Below, one piece after another: positions 17,081 through 24,710 of a stretch of DNA of 24,710 nucleotides. The DNA lies in NCBI GenBank assembly GCA_050292235.1, contig JBNKLG010000037.1:1-24710 (forward strand), written 5' to 3'. Every line of letters starts with the position of its first letter. Position 1 is the first letter of the stretch. The stretch comes from Sedimenticolaceae bacterium. Lineage in GTDB: Bacteria; Pseudomonadota; Gammaproteobacteria; Chromatiales; Chromatiaceae. The translations under genes and the position numbers were made by a program. The notes beneath the pieces are model-generated. The model had not been told where the DNA came from and made no database searches. It worked only from the letters and a program-made list of their open reading frames with translations.

Positions 17081-17239
17081 AATCATGGCCAACACTCCTT
17101 GGGACTCGATTACCGAAATCGCCCAGAACGAACAAGATCCACCGTTGTGAAGGGCATGATGGGCACAGACGTAGCCTTTTCTCGGTGAAAGATAACGCTG
17201 ATAGAACCGAATAATCTTGATAGCGATTGCATTCAACAT
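16931..17239 (-). CDS. YidD-like (DUF37, membrane-protein-insertion-efficiency-factor family) protein with atypical C-terminal tail
   Basis: 102 aa. N-terminus IKIIRFYQRYLSPRKGYVC...GGSCS matches the YidD signature (lIRfYQr.iSP...C...CS) but has a longer Cys-Cys spacer. AGGAAGG SD. Last gene of the minus-strand operon. Confidence 0.45.
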   Translation of the reverse strand: MLNAIAIKIIRFYQRYLSPRKGYVCAHHALHNGGSCSFWAISVIESQGVLAMISQFGGRIAECSEASKRLSARKEENKKENQPCELLYGAAEVGCCIFSSWT

Positions 17240-17254
17240 AAAACCCCTTCCTTT

Positions 17255-17875
17255 TTAATCTTTCAAGCCGGGATACGCCGCCTGCAACCCCTGATAGACC
17301 TGATCCTGAAAGCCTTCGCCATTGGCATCCAGACCCGCCAGGATTTCCGCCAGATGCTCGTTGTCCTCCCGCCCCTGCCAGATCTTGATGTAGCTGCCGT
17401 CCTTGTAGCCGTGATCCTGACGGAAGAAGTTGAGAACATTCTTGCCCACATAGGTTTTGAACAGTTCGTCAAAACCCAGATCAGCCAACCGCATCAGGCT
17501 GGCGAAGGCTGGGATCTGGGCCGAACGGGTTGAGATGGTCTCCATGGCCATTTTTTCGATGGCCTCGCGAAAATCCTCTCCCGGCAAGGGTTGGGACAAT
17601 CCCGCCAATGCTGCCTCTGCCGCTGCCTCCAGCTCGCCATGCTGCAGGATGAGATCACTGAGCGCAAAGTGCCAGATGTCGATGATCTCCAGATGCACCT
17701 GGGCCATGTCCGGCTTCTGGTGTTTCCACCATTTCCAGCCATAGTGGTCGAGCATCTCGGCACATTCGGTCCAGATCGCCCGATACCAGACATAGCCTGC
17801 CGAGCGCCAGTCGGGATTGACCTTGGTGTTCATGGCGTCTTGCAGGGTAAGCATGGTGAGAATTTTCTGTTTCAT
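17255..17875 (-). CDS. dimeric (all-alpha, dUTPase_2 family) dUTP pyrophosphatase
   Basis: 206 aa. WTECAEMLDHYGWKWWK, EIIDIWHFALSDL and YVGKNVLNFFRQDHGYKDGSYIKIWQGREDNEHLAEIL align closely with Campylobacter- and phage-type dimeric dUTPases. ATGA overlap with the upstream gene. Confidence 0.85.
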   Translation of the reverse strand: MKQKILTMLTLQDAMNTKVNPDWRSAGYVWYRAIWTECAEMLDHYGWKWWKHQKPDMAQVHLEIIDIWHFALSDLILQHGELEAAAEAALAGLSQPLPGEDFREAIEKMAMETISTRSAQIPAFASLMRLADLGFDELFKTYVGKNVLNFFRQDHGYKDGSYIKIWQGREDNEHLAEILAGLDANGEGFQDQVYQGLQAAYPGLKD

Positions 17876-18339
17876 GATGAGGGATTGGCCTGAATGATGT
17901 CGTCGACAAGTAGGGTAGCGGTTTCCACAAAGCGGGGACAGCGGGTTCCAAAAACCCCACTCTCACGCGCCTTTTGATAATCTGCTGCCTGGCTCAGGTT
18001 CAGCTCCAGCAGGGCCTTGCATTGGTTGCTGCCATGCTGCTCGATGAAGCGCTCCTGCAACTGGCGCGTGGCCAGGTAGGTTCGTTCTTTTGCCTCCCTG
18101 TTTTCTGCTGATTCCGGCCCCAGCTCCAGCCCCAACACCAAGGTGGCGCCCGTCAGCGCGCCGCAAGTGCCGCCCATGCGCCCCACGCCACCACCGAGGC
18201 CGGAAGCCATACGCATGGCCATGGCCTGACTCAGGCCGTAGCGCTCAGCATAGAGGGACAGCACCGCCTGGGAACAGTTGTAGCCGTTGCAGAATCGTTC
18301 GACCGCCATGCCAGTCGGGTTGTCTTTTGTCTCGTTCAT
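17872..18339 (-). CDS. C_GCAxxG_C_C family protein (putative redox-active, CGALTG variant)
   Basis: 155 aa. FCNGYNCSQAVL...GGGVGRMGGTCGALTGATLVLG signature of the C_GCAxxG_C_C family. First gene of a three-gene minus-strand operon. Confidence 0.78.
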   Translation of the reverse strand: MNETKDNPTGMAVERFCNGYNCSQAVLSLYAERYGLSQAMAMRMASGLGGGVGRMGGTCGALTGATLVLGLELGPESAENREAKERTYLATRQLQERFIEQHGSNQCKALLELNLSQAADYQKARESGVFGTRCPRFVETATLLVDDIIQANPSS

Positions 18340-18572
18340 GGAGTAATTCTGTCAGGATAATTGCCCATTGTGAATCAGCATTACCCTGAGGCAGGGAAAG
18401 GCACACTCAGAAACAACACCACGGGCTCTCTTGCTTTATGGACTTGGGAATCTATACCTCTATGTAAAGGGTCGCTAGCTAACCCCACCTCTTGGCCCGG
18501 CAATTTCAGAAAAACAGGCAGGGTTAGGGTTACAAGCCGTCGTCTAATTGGCCAGAGTACCGCGCAAAGTTC

Positions 18573-20507
18573 ATGAACCGACCACAGCCAACAACCAAGC
18601 AGGAAGATCAGCAACTGATCGAGCTGACTGTCATCCTCTACTCACAGACCCGAACGGCCATTATCACAAGCTGTATGGCGGCCATCACGGTCCTGGTAGT
18701 GGCCTGGATCAGTCTTCCTGACGCACATCCATTCCTGGCAGCCTGGATACTTCTCCTACTGTCCGTGAATCTGATCCGAGACCAGCATATTCAAAGGATT
18801 CTGAAAGCCGGCATTCAGCGAGAAAATTGTCAGCGCTCAGGCATCATCGCCGCCCTATGGGCGCTGCTATCCGGGCTCTCTTGGGGGATGCTGACACTTT
18901 TATGGGAACCACAACTCAACATTTCGGCACAGCTGATGATATTCATTGTCATGCTTGGCATACCCACCGGTGCTATCTCCACCAATGCCGCCAGATTGAG
19001 CACTTTTCTCGCCTTCGTCACCCCTCCGCTGTTGATCCTCTCACTCAAGCTGGTTTTGCAGGGTGATGCCGAATATTTGACGACGGCATGTTTGTTGAAC
19101 ATACATCTTCTTTTCCTCTTTATCACTGCTCGAAGGTATCACAAAGAAATTCGGCAATCCCTACAGCGGCGCCAGGACAACCAAACCCTGGTCAAAGAAC
19201 TTGAACTCAACCTCTCCCGCCTTGAGGATGAGGTCAGGCACCGGGCAAAAACCGAGGCCGATTTAACCGCATTGACCGCAAATCTGGAACAGAAGGTCCA
19301 GGAACGTACCAGTGAGTTGGAGGTACTCTATAAGGTCTCTTCAGCACTCATCAACCCGGAAAAGCCATTGGAGGAGGTATTCCACGAGCTTTTGGAGATC
19401 ATGGACCGCTCTTCAGCCATCGAGAAAGATTGTGTGACGAACATAGCTTATGAAGGCAAGGTCTATCAGAGCAAAACCTACCCCAATAATGCCGATGGTG
19501 AAACCACCCCCATCATCATTGAGGGCGAACAACGCGGCCAGCTGAGTCTGGCCTTTCCTGCGGCAAAGGCCGAAACCCAGTCAGCAGGCTTGCAAAAGCG
19601 GGATCTTCTTCATGCCATTGCGGAAAAAATCGAGCAATTCATCGAGCTTCGCCTGGTCAAGGAGCATCGGGAAGAGATGGAGCGGCAGTTGAATCTGGCA
19701 CATAAGATGGAATCCATTGGCCAATTGGCCGCTGGTATTGCCCACGAGATCAACACCCCGACCCAATTCGTGACCAACAATACGCAATTCCTGAATGAGG
19801 CATTCGAGGCCTATGGCCAAGCGCTGGCACAGTACCAAATCCTGATCACAGAGGCGGCTGAACATCCTCTAAACAAAGACCAGATCGAACAACTGAAGGT
19901 TCGGCTTGAAGCGTTGGATATCCATTATCTCAACGCTGAGATCCCAGAAGCCATTTCTCAATCACTCGATGGACTTGGAAGAATCGCCAAGATCGTACAG
20001 GCGATGAAAGACTTCTCCCATCCGGGTGGCCAGGGCAAGACGGAAAGTGATATCAACCGTGCCATCAACACCAGCATCGACATCTCACGAAACGAATGGA
20101 AATATGTGGCCGAATTGACCACCGACCTCGATCCAGATCTGCCCTTGATACCCATCTATCAGAACGAGTTCAACCAAGTCATTCTCAACCTGATCGTGAA
20201 TGCCGCTCATGCCATTGCGTCTCAGGAATTTTCACAACAAAACCGGGGAGTGATTCATATCAGCACCCAACTCAATGGTGATTTCGTGCTGATCAAGGTC
20301 ATGGATAACGGCTGTGGCATCCCCAAAGACAACCAATGCCGGATCTTCGATCACTTTTTCACCACCAAGGAGATTGGCAAGGGAACGGGTCAGGGATTGG
20401 CAATCGCTTATGCGATCATCGTTGACAAGCATGGGGGCAGCATCGAGGTAGAAAGTGAGTTGAATCAGGGATCCACTTTCATTCTCCAGATACCTGTGCG
20501 ACCTTGA
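18573..20507 (+). CDS. membrane sensor histidine kinase (6-TM N-terminal domain, coiled coil, GAF/PAS-like, HisKA, HATPase_c); no cognate response regulator adjacent
   Basis: 644 aa. Six hydrophobic helices in the first 190 aa. H-box ESIGQLAAGIAHEINTP. N, G1 and G2 boxes (NLIVNAAHA, DNGCGIP, GKGTGQGLAIA). Lower GC than the rest of the window. Confidence 0.88.
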   Translation: MNRPQPTTKQEDQQLIELTVILYSQTRTAIITSCMAAITVLVVAWISLPDAHPFLAAWILLLLSVNLIRDQHIQRILKAGIQRENCQRSGIIAALWALLSGLSWGMLTLLWEPQLNISAQLMIFIVMLGIPTGAISTNAARLSTFLAFVTPPLLILSLKLVLQGDAEYLTTACLLNIHLLFLFITARRYHKEIRQSLQRRQDNQTLVKELELNLSRLEDEVRHRAKTEADLTALTANLEQKVQERTSELEVLYKVSSALINPEKPLEEVFHELLEIMDRSSAIEKDCVTNIAYEGKVYQSKTYPNNADGETTPIIIEGEQRGQLSLAFPAAKAETQSAGLQKRDLLHAIAEKIEQFIELRLVKEHREEMERQLNLAHKMESIGQLAAGIAHEINTPTQFVTNNTQFLNEAFEAYGQALAQYQILITEAAEHPLNKDQIEQLKVRLEALDIHYLNAEIPEAISQSLDGLGRIAKIVQAMKDFSHPGGQGKTESDINRAINTSIDISRNEWKYVAELTTDLDPDLPLIPIYQNEFNQVILNLIVNAAHAIASQEFSQQNRGVIHISTQLNGDFVLIKVMDNGCGIPKDNQCRIFDHFFTTKEIGKGTGQGLAIAYAIIVDKHGGSIEVESELNQGSTFILQIPVRP

Positions 20508-20739
20508 CTAAGCAATTTGCTCCTCACGTCTATACCTTGGCGACCCATACAGTTTCACGTCCGAACAACCGCCACAGAGCTCACACAAAAACCCATTGTA
20601 TCCCTCAATAAATTGTCATCTGCCTCTGTATTGCCAACAGGCTTGTGCTTTAAGCTGAGGAAAGGGATAAGCAGTTTCAGGCTATGGAAGACTGCTCTGC
20701 CCAAGTCCGACCAAAGACAAACCCGGGAGAACGGAAACC

Positions 20740-21528
20740 ATGCCGATTCTGTATCAAGTCGATGCCTTTAGCGACACTGTTTTCAGCGGGAATCCTGCTG
20801 CTGTCTGTTTACTGGAGGAGGAGTGCCAGGCTGATTGGATGCAAGCCGTAGCAGCAGAGATGAACCTCTCTGAAACCGCCTTTGTACGCAGGGTTGAACA
20901 GGGTTTCGAGCTGCGCTGGTTTACACCCACCGTTGAGGTCAATCTCTGCGGCCACGCTACGCTGGCAAGCGCTCATGTGCTCTGGCAGCAAGGCTGGCTG
21001 AACAAAGACGAGGTGGCCCATTTTCATACCCACAGCGGTGAGCTCATGGCCCGTTATCTGCCGAGTGGTGACATCGAACTCGACTTTCCTACGGATCCCA
21101 CTGCGCCACTGAGCACAGTCAAGCCGCTGGAAGCGATACTCGGCAGCCCGCCCATCGCCCTCTATCATGGACGGGAAGACTGGCTGCTGGAACTGCCCTC
21201 GGAGGATGCCGTTCGCAACGCTCATCCAGACCTGACCGCCATCGCTGCCCTACCCACCCGCGGCCTGATCATCACCGCCAGAAGCCAGGCGCCTTTTGAT
21301 TTTGTCTCCCGTTTTTTTGCACCCGCGGCGGGAGTGAATGAAGATCCCGTCACTGGCTCCGCCCACTGCACGCTGGCTGACTATTGGTCCAAACGCCTGA
21401 ACAAACAGACCATGAGCGGCTGGCAAGCCTCCGCCCGTGGCGGTCGGGTGAATGTGCGCCTGGACAATAATCGCGTCTATCTGGCAGGTCAGGTCATCAC
21501 CGTATTCAGAGGAGAATTGTGCAGATGA
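20740..21528 (+). CDS. PhzF-family (phenazine biosynthesis-like / DapF-fold) isomerase
   Basis: 262 aa. N-terminal MPILYQVDAFSDTVFSGNPAAVCLL, EMNLSETAFV and LCGHATLASAHVL motifs typical of PhzF/YddE proteins. Confidence 0.85.
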   Translation: MPILYQVDAFSDTVFSGNPAAVCLLEEECQADWMQAVAAEMNLSETAFVRRVEQGFELRWFTPTVEVNLCGHATLASAHVLWQQGWLNKDEVAHFHTHSGELMARYLPSGDIELDFPTDPTAPLSTVKPLEAILGSPPIALYHGREDWLLELPSEDAVRNAHPDLTAIAALPTRGLIITARSQAPFDFVSRFFAPAAGVNEDPVTGSAHCTLADYWSKRLNKQTMSGWQASARGGRVNVRLDNNRVYLAGQVITVFRGELCR

Positions 21529-22289
21529 AGGCTGAGAATTTTGATCTGGACGCTTACTGCCAGCGCATCGGGTTTCAAGGTGAGCCACGTAACGACATCG
21601 CTGGCATCAGCGACCTGATGCGTCATCAACTCTTTTCCATACCCTTCGAGAATCTCGATGTGCAGGCTGGAAAGATCATCTCGCTGATACCGGAGGAGAT
21701 CGTGGACAAGATCATTCAGCGCCGCCGCGGCGGCTACTGTTACGAGTCCAACGGACTTTTTGCCATGGCCCTGGAGGCACTGGGCGTTTCCTATCGCTTC
21801 ATCGCCTGCCGGCCCATGATTTATCCGACCCTGCGCCCCCGCACCCACATGGCGCTGATCATTGAGATCGAAAGCGAGTCCTGGCTGTGCGACACGAGTT
21901 TCGGCGGATACGGTATCCGCGCTCCGATAAAACTCTCCGATACCGACCGGGAGATTTGTCAGGATGACGATTATTTTTTACTGACCAGTCCCGGCGAAGG
22001 CGACTATTTGCTCAAGACCCGGAATGAGGGGGCGTGGAGCAACCTCTACGGTTTTGATCTCTGGCCACAACAATGGGTGGATTTTGTCCCGGCCAACTAC
22101 CTCAACTCCACCCACCCAGAGACCATCTTCGTGCAACACCGACTGGTCGTTCTGCACCATCCGCAGGGCCGCAGCATCCTCTTTGACAACCGGCTGAAGC
22201 GCACGCTGAACGGCCAAACGGAGACCCGTGATCTGCCTCCAGAGGAGATCGATGGGGTCTTGTCCGATCTCTTTGGTTTGCGGCTGTAA
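21525..22289 (+). CDS. arylamine N-acetyltransferase (NAT/NhoA family)
   Basis: 254 aa from the ATG at 21525 (AGGAGA SD at -17 to -12; ATGA overlap with the PhzF-like stop). RGGYCYESNGLF catalytic-Cys motif plus the conserved His/Asp region. The ORF-track GTG at 21519 is less likely. Confidence 0.85.
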   Translation: MKAENFDLDAYCQRIGFQGEPRNDIAGISDLMRHQLFSIPFENLDVQAGKIISLIPEEIVDKIIQRRRGGYCYESNGLFAMALEALGVSYRFIACRPMIYPTLRPRTHMALIIEIESESWLCDTSFGGYGIRAPIKLSDTDREICQDDDYFLLTSPGEGDYLLKTRNEGAWSNLYGFDLWPQQWVDFVPANYLNSTHPETIFVQHRLVVLHHPQGRSILFDNRLKRTLNGQTETRDLPPEEIDGVLSDLFGLRL

Positions 22290-22315
22290 GGAAGTGCTGA
22301 GTAAATCAGCGTTCC

Positions 22316-24214
<1,899 letters not shown>

Positions 24215-24709
24215 TCAGTAAAAGCCCGCAGGGCCGCCACTGCCAGCGCCACCCCGGGAGAAATTGCCACGGCGCGCCTCCTTGATGTGGTCAATGATCT
24301 CCCGCGGCAGGCGCGGCAGACCGTAGTTGCAGAGATAGTCTCGACCCAGCTCCTGGCGAAAACTTTTGCCCTGCACCGACTGGTTCGGCATCCAGCGGGC
24401 CTCTTTCATGATCGTCAGCCTGCCGCTTTTATCACCGAAGGCGTAAGTTTTGTACTCCTTGGTGGTGCAGTTGATGCCTTCATACATGGCATTCACCGCG
24501 CCCAGCCTGCTCTTCAGAGCAACCCAGTAACGCACCACACGATCCTGGCCCACATTCAATGTTTTGGTGTCGATAGAGACCTCGAAGTCATCGTTATCCA
24601 CCGGTACTTCCAGCATCTCATCCAGATCGGGAAAGGGCGGCACTTCCCCCGCCTGCTCCTTCCAGGGCACATCGCCACTGTCATCGTAGCGAAACTCACC
24701 GCTATCCAT
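24215..24709 (-). CDS. hypothetical protein upstream of parE (possibly CNP1-like lipoprotein family; start at or beyond the window edge)
   Basis: 164 aa ORF ending 7 nt before the parE ATG (translationally coupled; GAGGA SD within its 3' end). The Met at 24707-24709 is 1 nt from the window end, so the true start cannot be confirmed. Confidence 0.5.
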   Translation of the reverse strand: MDSGEFRYDDSGDVPWKEQAGEVPPFPDLDEMLEVPVDNDDFEVSIDTKTLNVGQDRVVRYWVALKSRLGAVNAMYEGINCTTKEYKTYAFGDKSGRLTIMKEARWMPNQSVQGKSFRQELGRDYLCNYGLPRLPREIIDHIKEARRGNFSRGGAGSGGPAGFY

Positions 24710-24710
24710 A

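Overview
High-GC (~60-65%) gammaproteobacterial diazotroph locus in which I found several non-coding elements of interest but no recognisable novel protein system. It splits into three parts.

(1) Bases 1-9.3 kb are a nitrogen-fixation regulatory/energy cluster with Azotobacter vinelandii-like synteny. nifL-nifA lie on the minus strand (NifA is the gamma type, with no CxxxxC linker). They are divergent from a complete, tightly translationally coupled rnfABCDGEH operon on the plus strand. The shared intergenic region has a good sigma54 (-24/-12) promoter reading into nifL and a TGT-N10-ACA (NifA UAS-like) motif facing rnf. A bidirectional hairpin terminator closes the operon.

(2) Bases 9.3-22.3 kb are a lower-GC, accessory-looking stretch. 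It holds a Cache/HAMP methyl-accepting chemoreceptor and two tandem paralogous XRE-HTH regulators, each preceded by a related CAAG-N3-CTTG palindrome. A perfect-consensus sigma70 promoter feeds a ~170-nt leader: a leaderless 28-codon uORF, two hairpins and an intrinsic terminator. That leader lies immediately upstream of a stand-alone rtcB RNA ligase (no rtcR or rtcA). Right after rtcB comes a structured non-coding stretch with a UUCG hairpin, an atypical tRNA-like cloverleaf (anticodon CAU, C37, G1-G72 mismatch), an orphan T-arm/3' acceptor fragment and another hairpin. After that come an SPFH/band-7 gene, a small ORF antisense to a YidD-like gene, a minus-strand operon (C_GCAxxG_C_C protein - dimeric all-alpha dUTPase - YidD-like), an orphan multi-TM sensor histidine kinase, and an overlapping PhzF-like isomerase / arylamine N-acetyltransferase pair.

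(3) Bases 22.3-24.7 kb are core: parE (topoisomerase IV subunit B) plus a small upstream ORF.

The most unusual, unexplained part is the XRE-XRE / promoter-leader-terminator / rtcB / tRNA-like RNA module. Many long ORFs antisense to the GC-rich genes are compositional artefacts.
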